Shown piece after piece: positions 40,121 to 50,582 of a stretch of 64,000 nt of DNA. Positions within the stretch are counted from its first letter, which is position 1. The number at the start of each line of letters is the position of its first letter. The translations under genes were made by a program, and so were the position numbers. The stretch comes from Vulcanimicrobiota bacterium (lineage in GTDB: Bacteria; Vulcanimicrobiota; Vulcanimicrobiia; Vulcanimicrobiales; Vulcanimicrobiaceae): the NCBI GenBank assembly GCA_963795855.1, contig CAWCIZ010000004.1:1-64000 (forward strand), given 5' to 3'. Below the pieces are notes generated by a model. That model was not told the DNA's origin. It did not search any database and worked only from the letters and a program-made list of their open reading frames with translations.

Positions 40121-40726
40121 ATGAAATCGTTGCGACCAATCGTCCTCGAAGGCTATGGCGTTGCGCTCGAGCCTATGCGCTCCGATCACGCCGTCGGCCT
40201 CGCTTCGGCGGCCGCCGACGGTCAGTTATGGAACCTGCGGTTCACGTACGTTCCTTCGCCTGACCAAACGGAAGAATATATTGCACGTGCCCTTAAAGAA
40301 CAGGATGCGGGTCACATGCTTCCATGGGTCGTGCGCGACGCCGCATCCGGAGGCGTCATCGGAAGCACGCGCTACCACGACGTCGTCCCGGATTCAGAAC
40401 GCGTCGAGATTGGTTACACGTGGTACGCACTTCGCTATCAATCTACGCATGTCAATCCCGCGTGCAAATTACTGCTGATGCGTCACGCCTTTGAGACGCT
40501 GGAGTGCCGGGTCGTGGGGCTGCGTACGGACATTGAAAATAGCCGGTCGCAACGCGCCATCGAAAAACTTGGTGCCAAAAAAGACGGCGTCATCAGGCAT
40601 TTGGGATTGCGCAAGGATGGAACGGTGCGTGACACCGTCATGTATAGCATTCTGTCTTCTGAATGGCCGGGCGTAAAGTCACTACTCGAGCAACGCCTGA
40701 AAAACTCGCGATCACGCGCCTGCTGA
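40121..40726 (+). CDS. RimJ/RimL-type GNAT acetyltransferase
   Basis: IGSTRY...VEIGYTW...N.RSQRAIEKLGAKKDG..R. Confidence 0.92.
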   Translation: MKSLRPIVLEGYGVALEPMRSDHAVGLASAAADGQLWNLRFTYVPSPDQTEEYIARALKEQDAGHMLPWVVRDAASGGVIGSTRYHDVVPDSERVEIGYTWYALRYQSTHVNPACKLLLMRHAFETLECRVVGLRTDIENSRSQRAIEKLGAKKDGVIRHLGLRKDGTVRDTVMYSILSSEWPGVKSLLEQRLKNSRSRAC

Positions 40727-41851
40727 AGCCGCCTCAAGCGCCTGGGCGATGTCGGACCACAAGTCGTCGACGTCCTCTAGACCAATTGCTACGCGAAGAA
40801 GATTGCCGGGTGTTTTTGTAGCCGGTCCTTCGATCGACGCTCGATGTTCGATCAGGCTCTCAGGGCCGCCAAAGCTCGTCGCGCGCTGAAAAAGGCGAAC
40901 GGCTCCGGCAACGCGTATTGCCTCGGTTTCCGTTCCGCGGACCAGAAAAGAAAACACGGAGCCGAGGCCGCTCATTTGCCGAAGCGCGAGCTCGTTGTAC
41001 GGACTGCTTTCCAGTCCTGGATGCAGAACCTCTTGCACGTTCGGATGCTTTACAAGTCTTTGCGCGAGAATAAGCGCGGAAGTCGATTGGTGCCGGACCC
41101 GAACGGGAAGCGTTGCCAGGCCGCGCGACGCCAACCAGCAATTGAACGGTGAAGGTACGGCGCCAAAAGATTTTTGCAAGCTGCGGACTGCCGCCCAGTG
41201 GTCTGATTTCTCGCGAGTTATGATGATGCCGCCTTGAGCATCGTGATGTCCGTTCACGTACTTCGTCGTTGAGTGCACGACCATATCGGCCCCGTGAGCC
41301 AGTGGTTGTTGAAATAGCGGAGTGGCAAGTGAGTTGTCGCAGACGAGTAAAGCGCCGTACGCGCGGGCGATTTGTGAAATCGCGCCGATGTCGGCAATCT
41401 GCAGCATGGGATTCGACGGCGTTTCGATGAAGACAACGCGCGTATTTTGCTGCACATGATCAGCAACGTTTTGCACGTTCGTCGCGTCGACCAGCGAAAC
41501 GTTCAAGCCCCAGACACGGAAATGTGAGACCAAGGCGTCGCGAACGCCAAAATAAATGTCTTCTGAGACTACAACGTGATCTCCGGGTTTCAAACTTTGA
41601 AAGATAGCGAGGGCGGCGGCCATGCCACTAGCGAAAGCCGCGCCGTCGACCCCCCCTTCTAGAGCCGCCATACGTCGCTCGAGTTCGCTTCGATTCGGAT
41701 TGCCTTCGCGGCCATAGTCGAACCCGTAAGGGAACGTGCCGTCAGATGAACGCCGAAATGTCGTTGAAAGTACCATCGGCTCGGCTACGGCACCGTAGTG
41801 ATATGCGCTCTCACCCTCACCGTGTACAAACTTTGTATCGGGATGTGTCAT
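40712..41851 (-). CDS. cystathionine gamma-synthase/beta-lyase family PLP enzyme
   Basis: YGREGNPN, FASGMAA, ETPSNP, HSTTKYVNGH, SFGGPESL. Confidence 0.93.
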   Translation of the reverse strand: MTHPDTKFVHGEGESAYHYGAVAEPMVLSTTFRRSSDGTFPYGFDYGREGNPNRSELERRMAALEGGVDGAAFASGMAAALAIFQSLKPGDHVVVSEDIYFGVRDALVSHFRVWGLNVSLVDATNVQNVADHVQQNTRVVFIETPSNPMLQIADIGAISQIARAYGALLVCDNSLATPLFQQPLAHGADMVVHSTTKYVNGHHDAQGGIIITREKSDHWAAVRSLQKSFGAVPSPFNCWLASRGLATLPVRVRHQSTSALILAQRLVKHPNVQEVLHPGLESSPYNELALRQMSGLGSVFSFLVRGTETEAIRVAGAVRLFQRATSFGGPESLIEHRASIEGPATKTPGNLLRVAIGLEDVDDLWSDIAQALEAASAGA

Positions 41852-41861
41852 GACCACCACC

Positions 41862-42990
41862 TCAGGGTCTTCCGCGTTGCGAAGCATTGTCCACGGCTGC
41901 CGTAAGCGATGCGATAACGGGATCGTAAATTGCCGGATTGTCGCTGTGCGCCGCCGACCAATGCGCCTGTTCCAGCGCGTTTGCATCGTACACGTTTCGA
42001 GCTTCAAGCGATGCACCACGATCGATGAGAAAGCGTACCATATCGGATTCCGCACCGATTGCGGCCCAGTGAAGCGCGGTTTGTCCATGGTGAAGGCTGT
42101 TAATCTCAACGCCGTGCGCCAGAAGAACGTTGACCACATTTATATGGCCGTATTCGCAGGCCCACGCGAATGCATAGCTCGAGCTGCTCGTTTGTCGCCC
42201 CGCGCGCAAGGAATGTTTCTACAAGGTCCGCTCTGCCTACACCGGCGGCGCTTTCGAGATCCAATGTCGCACCCTGATCTGCCAGGAATTGCGCCGCCGC
42301 TTTTCTTCCGTTTCGCAAGGCGCTCAGGAGCGGGTTGCTGCATCCTGGAGGCCCGTCTATTGCAGCGCCAGCGGTGAGCAACGCGTGCATCAGCGGGATC
42401 TGAACGCCCGTACGAGCCGGATGGACGCTGCTTGCAACTAGGCTTAACGTCGTGGACGCCCCATAAATATTTGCAACAGCGTCAACATACGCGCCGGCGG
42501 CAAATAGTAGGCTTACGATCTCAACAATATTCGGTGGTGTTTTTTGTCGATAGTCCTCGATGCCGTTCGCGCCGGCATAATGCAGCAATGTTGCGCGATG
42601 CGCTCGCGTCGAATGCTCGTGAACCAACTGTGGAGTCTTGCGAAGCAATTCTGCCAATGCCTTGCTATCACCGACGGAAATTGCATCTGCAGCTAACTCA
42701 AACGCCGCAACGGTTGTGTTTGCAGCGCGCAGTGCCTCGATGTGCGCTGCAAACCTCGGCCAGCTTTCAAATCCGTGCTCCCGGGCGATAACCAGTTGCG
42801 CGTCCGAGAGCGCGACATTATCGCGGTAGTCTTTGGAATCGGGCGCACTATCACGCGGGTGGAATGCCTTGAACCGAATGAGCGCGTCCGATTCGGAGGC
42901 ACGGAACGATTTCAGGAGATCCTTTGCCTGCTTCTTATAGTGGTCCAGATGCGGACGAGGTGGCACCGGGCGCAGATCTGTGAATGTCAT
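41862..42990 (-). CDS. ankyrin-repeat protein with LDHYKKQAK N-terminal domain (frameshift near 42180)
   Basis: PHLDHYKKQAK...AQLVIAREHGFESW; TLLHY; GQTALHWAA continues in ORF 41862..42209. Confidence 0.85.
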
Positions 42991-43135
42991 GAACGAACTC
43001 GCTTTCGTGTAACGCGCCTGTAGTCCGCACGTAATCAGGCTGAAAGAAGTTCGTTAAGCATGTTGATGCGTCAAAGATGGGCACGGCCCTTTCCGCGGAC
43101 TGGCGGCGCTCTTTGGCGCTCCTGCCCAGTATACC
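42991..43135 (-). promoter_or_regulatory. structured 5' leader and extended -10 promoter of the ankyrin gene
   Basis: TGGTATACT on the minus strand near 43128-43136; stems 43022-43028/43095-43101 and 42992-42999/43048-43055. Confidence 0.5.
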
Positions 43136-43200
43136 AAATAGCAAGCCGCTGTGGGTACTAGCGGCTTGACAAGGCGTGTCAAAAAGATGAAGATGTATTC

Positions 43201-43584
43201 ATGTTTAGGCTGAACGCGTTCGCTTGGGGGCTAGGGATCTGGCTGGTTGCGACGATCGCGCTGCGTTTTATCGGCCAATTCGTATTGCGCCCGAACAACC
43301 CGCTGCTCGTCATCGCGCTATTCCTTGGTGGCTTTGCGATTATGGCCGCCTTTACGCGGATGATTTGCTTACGTTTGGCCATCCCACGCGATGATTGGCC
43401 GGCGGCGGCGGTCTGCCTGGCACTGCCTACGCTACTGCTCGATCCATTCTCGTCAGCGTTCTTCCGTTCGGTGTTCCCCAACATCAACGCCGACGCCGCG
43501 GGCATATTTGGTGGCTGGATGCTGTGCTGTTGCGCCGGCGCGCTAGTCGCGGTGCTGCGCCGCTCGGCATCGCTCGCGGTTTGA
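43201..43584 (+). CDS. DUF5367-like membrane protein
   Basis: IWLVATIALRFIGQ...LPTLLLD...FPN...FGGW. Confidence 0.7.
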   Translation: MFRLNAFAWGLGIWLVATIALRFIGQFVLRPNNPLLVIALFLGGFAIMAAFTRMICLRLAIPRDDWPAAAVCLALPTLLLDPFSSAFFRSVFPNINADAAGIFGGWMLCCCAGALVAVLRRSASLAV

Positions 43585-44204
43585 TCGCTCGGCCGGCTTT
43601 ATTAAGACGCGCCGACCTTCCATCGGCGCCGCGCCAGCAGCGAAGTTGCCGCAGAAAGAACGCCATTATCGAGTCGGCACTCGAAGAACTCTCCGCGAAG
43701 GGCTACGCTGCAACGACCGTTGCGGATATCACCACACGCGCCGGGGTTCCCATAGGTACGTTCTATCTGCACTTTCGTTCGAAGGAGCAGTTGCTGCTGT
43801 TCTTGATGGACGAATTCTTGAGCCGTGTCGATGCCTTGACGTTCCCGGTCGATCCGCAGAACATACGTGCATCACTCGGTGAGGCGATTCGCCGTGCGTT
43901 TACGAGTGAACGCGCCTACGCGCGCGTGTACCAAGCATGGCGTGAAGCGGCGACCAGCGATGCTAAACTGGCGCGAAAGCAGCGCCGCATCGAGCGATGG
44001 AGTCGCGGGCGCCTCAAAGGATTGTTGGACCGATTCAAGGATCTTCCCGGCGCACGCAGCGGGATCGAGACCTCTACGCTCGCTGAGCTCTTCGATCGAC
44101 TTTTTTGGATGCTGTTGCGTGAACGTTGGGCCCGCGAAGCCGACCTCGACCGCTTATTAGCGGCAGCTACGGATCTAGTCTACCGCGTCGTATTTCACGA
44201 CTAG
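43581..44204 (+). CDS. TetR-family regulator
   Basis: KGYAATTVADI..RAGV..GTFYLHFRSKEQL. Confidence 0.9.
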   Translation: MIARPALLRRADLPSAPRQQRSCRRKNAIIESALEELSAKGYAATTVADITTRAGVPIGTFYLHFRSKEQLLLFLMDEFLSRVDALTFPVDPQNIRASLGEAIRRAFTSERAYARVYQAWREAATSDAKLARKQRRIERWSRGRLKGLLDRFKDLPGARSGIETSTLAELFDRLFWMLLRERWAREADLDRLLAAATDLVYRVVFHD

Positions 44205-44707
44205 TGCGGCCGTTTCGTTTATAGCAACGCTGGGCCTGAAGCGCGGTAAAGGCGCCATATCCGGCGTCTGCAGTGTAAGCGCGCGCGACGTTTCTCCCTG
44301 CAGTGTGTCAATACTCGGACATGCTGGAGTTTCAGGCAAAGGCGCGAACATTTCCATGAAATGCGAGCAAGGAATAGTACTTGATTCTTTATGAGAGGCG
44401 CTGATGACCGGATCTAACGGCCACGAGTGCAGTTGGTCCCGGACGTGGGTCTGTGTTGTTCTTGCCATGATGATGGTCAGCGGCCGCAGCGCGGCCGCGG
44501 CTACTGACAATTCACGCGATGCAGCACGGCAATGACTTGCCCCTTGGTTCGCGTGCTACTGCTCCACCGATTGCAGGTAGATAACGTCTTCGGCATGCAT
44601 TACGACGCAACGCCATATACGACAATCACGCACTATTTGAAGACGTTCGCAGGGCGGTGATCTTACAGACTGCAGGATTGCGACAGCGATCGTTCAAATA
44701 GTTTTGA

Positions 44708-46333
44708 ATGAACAAATTGCGCGTTGCCTTGCTGGGCTTGGCTCCCTGCATTCTTTTGCTAACCGCTTTGGGGATGGCGGCGCACGTGAAGGCGCAGGAC
44801 CGCGCCGCCCTTCGCCTCAACTTGCGCGTGAACGCGTACGGGGTACAAGGCTCCGGCACCATTATCGTAGACCCGGCGACAGGATGGTTCGTCCGACGTT
44901 TCGTCGCTGGTCCCGCGTCCGAATCAGAGGGGTGGGATGGCGCGCACGCCTGGCGCGGCGATGCGACGGGCATGCCGAGAGTGCAGTCTGATGCCGGAGA
45001 AATCCACGAGATCGTTGGCTGGTCTCAAGCGTTGAAGCGTGCGCTGCAAGACCGCGCCGCGCACGCATCCAGCAACAGCTCGCAAGACACGGTAGCAGTT
45101 GCCTTTACCGGGTTCTCTGCATTTGGCCGTTATCACATACCGTCTGTAATCACCGCGCATTCGACCGCCAACGGTAACTGGTATGCGGACGTTACCCACG
45201 TCGAGCGCGTCGGCGTAACGAACTCTATGTTCGCACCTCCACAGGTGCCACATGATTCCGCAATAATCGGATCATCGACGACGGTGCCCATCCACGTCTT
45301 GGCCGGCACTCCGTCAGTGGACGTACGCGTGAACGGCAGGACGCTGAAAATGTACCTCGATAGCGGCGGCCAAAACGTGTTGAGCGATTCGGCGGCGAAG
45401 CGGATCGGTCTAACCATCGTCGGCAATGCCAGCGTCAGCGGCGGCGGAGGCGTCGCGGCCACGCGGTTCGCAACCGCCCAACGGGTGCAAGTGGGCAACG
45501 CCACGATGTACCGTCAACCATACCTCATTTTGCCGGACAGCGCGCTCGCACCCGCCGACGGGATAATCGGCTATGAAATGTTTGCGCGCTATGCCGCGAA
45601 GGTCGACGCAATCCAAAGCGCGCTAACCCTCGCGAAAACCGATAGCGTCTACGGACAGCCTGAAAAGGTTGCAACGATGGGCTACATCGATCGGCAGCCG
45701 GAATTAAACGGCGCGATCGACGCGATTCGCGGCAAAGTTACTCTTGACACCGGCAGTTCTTTTACCGCTCAAGTTTCCGCCTCGACTGTAGCGACGCACG
45801 AATTAGTCAATACGCTGCACGCTCGAATAACCGTCGGCGGACGAGGCGTGGGCGGACGATATCCCCTTTATATGGTGCGCGCCCATTCTCTCGTCGTCGG
45901 GCCGGCGAGCATTGGCGATCCGTTGCTGTACTTGTTGACCAAACCAGGGATTTGGAACGGGCGCTTCGCTCCGATCTCAAATATCGGCTTCGCAACACTG
46001 CGTCGCTGGATTTTGATTTTCGATTATCCAGACTCACGCATTCAATTACGCCCTGGTGGAGATGATTCCGGCAACACTGTTCACGACCACTCTGGAATCA
46101 TACTTGGTGTGAAGGGCAGCCGTCTAATTGCAGCCAGCGTTCTAGGTGGCACGCCAGCGTGGAATGCCGGCGTGCGCGACGGCGACGTTCTTGCGACGGT
46201 CGACGGCAAGCCGGTAACGGCCGCGGACTTCAGATCGATACGGCACCTCCTTCGCGGAAGTCCGGGTCAAAAAGTGACCATTGCGGCGGACGGACACGCC
46301 CCCGTGGCGATCGTCCTTGAGCAATACTTATAA
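44708..46333 (+). CDS. secreted aspartyl protease with PDZ domain
   Basis: Signal peptide; YLDSGG and TLDTGS; GIIG; C-terminal PAWNAGVRDGDV..VDGK. Confidence 0.88.
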   Translation: MNKLRVALLGLAPCILLLTALGMAAHVKAQDRAALRLNLRVNAYGVQGSGTIIVDPATGWFVRRFVAGPASESEGWDGAHAWRGDATGMPRVQSDAGEIHEIVGWSQALKRALQDRAAHASSNSSQDTVAVAFTGFSAFGRYHIPSVITAHSTANGNWYADVTHVERVGVTNSMFAPPQVPHDSAIIGSSTTVPIHVLAGTPSVDVRVNGRTLKMYLDSGGQNVLSDSAAKRIGLTIVGNASVSGGGGVAATRFATAQRVQVGNATMYRQPYLILPDSALAPADGIIGYEMFARYAAKVDAIQSALTLAKTDSVYGQPEKVATMGYIDRQPELNGAIDAIRGKVTLDTGSSFTAQVSASTVATHELVNTLHARITVGGRGVGGRYPLYMVRAHSLVVGPASIGDPLLYLLTKPGIWNGRFAPISNIGFATLRRWILIFDYPDSRIQLRPGGDDSGNTVHDHSGIILGVKGSRLIAASVLGGTPAWNAGVRDGDVLATVDGKPVTAADFRSIRHLLRGSPGQKVTIAADGHAPVAIVLEQYL

Positions 46334-46348
46334 ACGCCGGAGGCAAAG

Positions 46349-46999
46349 ATGAAGTCCGCAAAAACGAAGCCGACGCGCTCAAACGCTGCCACGGTCGGCC
46401 GGCCGCCCAAGCCAAAGCCGGCGCGAACGGCGGCTACGGGCGACGGATCGCCGCTGTTGAATGAGATGGTGCTGCCGGACCTCGATACGCTACGATTGTT
46501 GAGTGACGGCTTGCGACATCGAATTGTGTCATTGCTGATACAGGAGCCGCTGACGGTAACGGACTTGGCAAAGAGGCTCAGAGTAAAACGTACCGCGCTG
46601 TATTACCATGTTGAACTGCTTGAGCGCCACGGATTGGTGCGCGTCGACTCAAAACGCCCTGTCGGCAGCACCACAGAGCAGACGTATCGAGCCGTAGCCC
46701 GGCATTTTCGCGTCGATAGATCGGTGCTTTCGAGTTCTTCGAGCGACGTCAACACGACGCAAGCGGCCATAATCGAAAGTGCGGCGGCCGACCTGATGAC
46801 CATCGCGAATAACGCCAATGGTAATCCCCTCGTGGCGCGAACGTTTATTCGATTGGACCAATCCACTTACGTGCGGCTTTGCGCAGACATTAGGCACCTG
46901 CTCGAGGAGTACGAACGCGCTCAATCTGATCGCGGCGAACCCTTCGAGATTGCGTTGGCAGTCTTCCCAATTCACGATGCTGCCAACTCTTCTGCGTGA
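46349..46999 (+). CDS. ArsR-like winged-HTH regulator
   Basis: LR.RIVSLL...TVTDLAKRL......YYHV.LLE..GLV. Confidence 0.85.
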   Translation: MKSAKTKPTRSNAATVGRPPKPKPARTAATGDGSPLLNEMVLPDLDTLRLLSDGLRHRIVSLLIQEPLTVTDLAKRLRVKRTALYYHVELLERHGLVRVDSKRPVGSTTEQTYRAVARHFRVDRSVLSSSSSDVNTTQAAIIESAAADLMTIANNANGNPLVARTFIRLDQSTYVRLCADIRHLLEEYERAQSDRGEPFEIALAVFPIHDAANSSA

Positions 47000-47059
47000 G
47001 TGTTGGCAGGCGCATGTCGAAGCGCCCTGAGGTAGCGAACGCTCAAGAAAGAGGAAAAA

Positions 47060-47425
47060 ATGCTCATAACGACGCAGCTCCGCACTACCGATCTCGAGGA
47101 ATCAATCCGCTTCTACACAACCAAACTCGGACTGGCGCTCGAGTTCCGCTACGAAGACTTCTACGCCGGTATCCGCGCCGGCAACGCGATCTTTCATCTA
47201 AAACTCGCCGATGAAAAAGATCCGTCAATCGATTTCGTCCAGGGAGGCGAGCATTTCCATCTCTACCTTGAGACCGACGATGCGCATGCCATGATCGAGC
47301 AACTACGCAAAAACGGCGTCCGCATCGTCAAAGACCCCGCCGACACGCCATGGGGCATGCGCGAGCTCGTTATCCACGATGATCAAGGACACACCATCTA
47401 CGTCGGACAGCGACTGGCTCCATGA
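47060..47425 (+). CDS. VOC/glyoxalase-family protein
   Basis: DLEESIRFY..KLG; DTPWGMRE..I.D.QG. Confidence 0.9.
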   Translation: MLITTQLRTTDLEESIRFYTTKLGLALEFRYEDFYAGIRAGNAIFHLKLADEKDPSIDFVQGGEHFHLYLETDDAHAMIEQLRKNGVRIVKDPADTPWGMRELVIHDDQGHTIYVGQRLAP

Positions 47426-47709
47426 CTAAACCCACTCGCGGCAAGTAGATGCAGAATCAGGCTGCGCGAAGCTGATGCGCATCGACGTTACGGCACGGCG
47501 GACGATGCCGGGAAAAGCGCCTAGTACGGCGCATGCGGTCAGGCGTTGTTGAAGACGCTGCGACGCCGAAGCTGTGACCGTGTGCGATCGATTATCGTTG
47601 CAACGAGTCTCCCGCAACGGCGCGATTGGCGCTGAACACTGCAAAACGCTCCGGGCCTCGTTCCGTATGTGTGGGAGTTCGAAGCAAGTCTGCGCGCGCC
47701 GTTCCAATC

Positions 47710-47826
47710 TCAAGGCAAGAAGCGCGCCAAGTCCTCGCAATACGTACGCCCTGACCGCAGGCGCGCACCGTTTCGAAGAATAACGACATACTCGCCGTGA
47801 GCCCACGGCTCAAGCCGAAAAATTCG
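47710..47826 (-). pseudogene. 3' fragment of a LytTR regulator (diverged copy of 49821-49938)
   Basis: Encodes RIFRLEPWAHGEYVVILRNGARLRSGRTYCEDLARFLP*. Confidence 0.85.
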
Positions 47827-48182
47827 CCGGTTGCTACTACGCAGTCGCGCTGAAGAACCGCCTGGGCTGGGACGATGCCTTGGGCGTTTGGGGCGTGCAC
47901 GGCGTCGGCGGCGTACCGGGCATTATCTTGCTCGGCGTGTTTGCAACGACGGCGTGGAATCCAGCCAGCGCAAACGGCTTGCTGTTCGGCGGCGCCGGGT
48001 TCTTCGGGAAACAGGTCGCCGCTGCGGTGTTCTGCAGCGCCTGGGCGTTCGTATTTAGGTACGGAATGCTTTGGCTGATAAGCCGCGTTACCGTAACCAA
48101 GGTCGATCGTGAGACCGAAGAACGCGGACTGGATATGGGGCTGCATGGCGAGGAGGCGTATCCGCTGGGGATTTATCTGTAG
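47826..48182 (+). pseudogene. amtB: ammonium transporter, 3' fragment
   Basis: CYYAVALKNRLGWDDALGVWGVHGVGG...EERGLD..LHGEEAY; no 5' part. Confidence 0.88.
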
Positions 48183-48220
48183 TTCGGAACGCGTTTGGTC
48201 GGGCTCTATCGCCGTTTATT

Positions 48221-48631
48221 TCAGGACTCGCGCTCGGACAGGTGCTTATCGCATTCGGCTATCCCCGCTTGAACGCCCACTGTTTTGTAGATTTCGCGTG
48301 TCCGCATCCAAATCGAATGAGCATCTCGGCCGAGGAGTTCAACGAGCAAGGCATAGCCGCGCAACGCATTGCCATGATCGAGATCAGTGCGCTCGGGATG
48401 GGCTTCGTACACCGCGAGCGCTCGTTCGTAATACGGCAGCGCTTCTTCAATCTTAGATTGGCCGCGCAAGATGTCGCCAACGTGGCGCAACGCGTGCGCT
48501 TCCCGAAGTGAATCTCCGTCATCGGCGAAAAGCTCCGCGGCACGCCGGTACGCGTCGATAGAGCCGGCAATATCGCCGTTACGGCGGGCGTTGTACGCCT
48601 GAGCGGCTAGGGAATCTGCTTCCGCGTTCAC
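48221..48631 (-). CDS. TPR-repeat protein
   Basis: AHALRHVGDI...EEALPYYERALA. Confidence 0.8.
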   Translation of the reverse strand: MNAEADSLAAQAYNARRNGDIAGSIDAYRRAAELFADDGDSLREAHALRHVGDILRGQSKIEEALPYYERALAVYEAHPERTDLDHGNALRGYALLVELLGRDAHSIWMRTREIYKTVGVQAGIAECDKHLSERES

Positions 48632-48936
48632 GCCTAGACGTTAGCACAATTGCCATAAGGGAGTCCATTATGCATATCCGGCGGGCGTAATATACTTGAC
48701 GACAGCAGCCTAAAGCGGTAGGAGCGAACTGCCGCACGGTCTGAAGCATGGTCTCTGGAATCGGCTGCTTGTCCATGCGGTGCCGATCCCTTGGAGCCAC
48801 AGTCTGTGGTGCACTTCGTAAGTCAGCGAAAAGCCTAGTATAGCGCCCCAGAATAGAACGCCTAGCGCCGATATTAAACGTCTTCCCCGTCATGGCATCA
48901 TCTTCGGCTACAGACACGCGATTTTTTGGTATAGGC

Positions 48937-49320
48937 TCAGTGCGCTTTTGCTTGGTGCAGATAAACCCGGTTCCCGTCTGGGTCCGTAACCATCGATACA
49001 AAGCAAATCGGTGTTTCGTATGGTTCGGTCGATTCAACACCGCATCGAGCAAGGTGCATCCGCATGGCGTCCAGATCGCTGACTTCAAGGGCTAGCGACT
49101 CGGCATTGCCGGGTGTGCCCGCCTGCTCAAACGTGCCGATCCCGAACGTCGTTCCATCCACGTCAAACTCGATCCACTTGTTTGCCGCCCCAGCTTCACC
49201 AACGGGTTCGGTTTGCAACAATCCGAGGACGTCGCGAAAAAATGCGGCGGAGCGCTGCATGTCTGAAACGGGATACATGATGAACGCGATACCAGATACA
49301 GACATCGTGCTCTCCTTCAT
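48937..49320 (-). CDS. VOC/glyoxalase-family protein
   Basis: PVSDMQRS..FF.DVLG; V.DPDGN...LH. Confidence 0.9.
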   Translation of the reverse strand: MKESTMSVSGIAFIMYPVSDMQRSAAFFRDVLGLLQTEPVGEAGAANKWIEFDVDGTTFGIGTFEQAGTPGNAESLALEVSDLDAMRMHLARCGVESTEPYETPICFVSMVTDPDGNRVYLHQAKAH

Positions 49321-49356
49321 ACATAAGCGGCGGCCTCAGTCGCTGCCGTAAAATAT

Positions 49357-49620
49357 TCAGTGGAACACACCAAATTCCAGCCCATAGCGAGTTTGAATCA
49401 GCCCCGTTGCCGAAACGTGCGACCACTCGAACCGAAGCACACCGCCGTTTCCGAAACGGTACGCCGGCGTAAGGGTTTGCGAAGTTGCGCTGCTGCCCGG
49501 GCCAAAACCGACGAGATCGGCGTTTGCGCTCGAGTCGGAAGCCGAGCTTGCGTTGCGAGCATCCTCGTAACGAAACGAAATACTCCACGGTGGTGAGAAC
49601 GCCACGTCCCAAGCAACACC
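49357..49620 (-). pseudogene. outer-membrane beta-barrel (porin-like) 3' fragment
   Basis: WSISFRYE...GPGSSA...TLTPAYRF...LRFEWS...QTRYGLEFGVFH*. Confidence 0.55.
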
Positions 49621-49634
49621 TCCGCGGCGGCGTG

Positions 49635-49800
49635 CTCGTACTGAAGAGGTCATCGCTCGAGTCGTTGCGCAAGGTGAGGCATTTTTCGCGCGACGACGTG
49701 GCGCGGCATGCGCGCCATGCGTGTGAGCGTATTGAATTGGCGTACGACCGATCACGACGTACATCGCGCCGTAGGGGCCATCGCCGATGCGCTCCAGTAG
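49635..49800 (+). pseudogene. PLP-dependent decarboxylase, 3' fragment
   Basis: VIARVVAQGEAFF...TTWRGMRAMRVSVLNWRTTDHDVHRAVGAI. Confidence 0.7.
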
Positions 49801-49820
49801 CAAATCCGCCGTTAGCGCCT

Positions 49821-50582
49821 TTAAGGCAAAAAGCGCGCTAACTCCTCGCTGTAGGTACGCCCTGACCGCAAACGTGTTCCGTTACGAAGAATGACGACAT
49901 ACTCGCCGTGGGCCCATGGCTCAAGCCGAAAAATTCGATCGCAGTTCACGGCGATAGACCGATGAATGCGAATGAAGCCGGCTGACTCCAAGCGGCCTAC
50001 AAGGTCGGAGAGCGTCTCACGTACTCGCACTTCCGCGTTACCGCTATGCAGAACCGTGTAATTGCCCTCACTTTCCAGCCAATCGATGTCCGACACATTA
50101 ATGAATTCAATGCCGTCGCCGCTGCGGAAGCTCAAACGTTCGAGGTTGCGGCGATCACTTAGTATTTGGAGCAAACGATCGAGCCGAGGGTCCGGTGCGG
50201 ACGGTGCAACGCCCAAGAGCCGCTCTCTCGCACGGCGGACGCTTTCATTCAAGCGAGTCGCGTCGTATGGCTTTAGCAGATAGTCCAGAGCACTGACTTC
50301 AAACGCGCGCAGGGCGTACTTATCGTATGCGGTAACAAAGATTACTGCCGGCGGGCGTTCTTCTGGGCCGAGCGAGGTAACGACATCGAAGCCGGTGAGA
50401 CGCGGCATCTGAACGTCAAGGAACAGCAGATCCGGACGCAACGCAGGAATCTTTTCGAGCGCCTCGCGGCCGTCAGCAGCCTCACCGACGATCTCGATAT
50501 CGCCGACATCAAGCAGCATGTGGCGCAAACGCCCTCGCGCCGCTTCTTCGTCGTCCACAATCAGCGCGCGTAGCGCCTTCAT
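49821..50582 (-). CDS. LytTR-family response regulator
   Basis: LIVDDE, FLDVQMP, FVTAYD, DYLLKP; FIRIHRS. Confidence 0.95.
   Translation of the reverse strand: MKALRALIVDDEEAARGRLRHMLLDVGDIEIVGEAADGREALEKIPALRPDLLFLDVQMPRLTGFDVVTSLGPEERPPAVIFVTAYDKYALRAFEVSALDYLLKPYDATRLNESVRRARERLLGVAPSAPDPRLDRLLQILSDRRNLERLSFRSGDGIEFINVSDIDWLESEGNYTVLHSGNAEVRVRETLSDLVGRLESAGFIRIHRSIAVNCDRIFRLEPWAHGEYVVILRNGTRLRSGRTYSEELARFLP

Noticed and set aside
41852..42139. N-terminal extension of the 475-aa PLP-enzyme ORF
   Set aside because: It overlaps the ankyrin gene's 3' part; the better start is ATG 41851 with a GAGGTGG RBS
49357..49803. 148-aa minus-strand ORF as a real gene
   Set aside because: It is a chimera of a porin remnant and the antisense of a decarboxylase remnant
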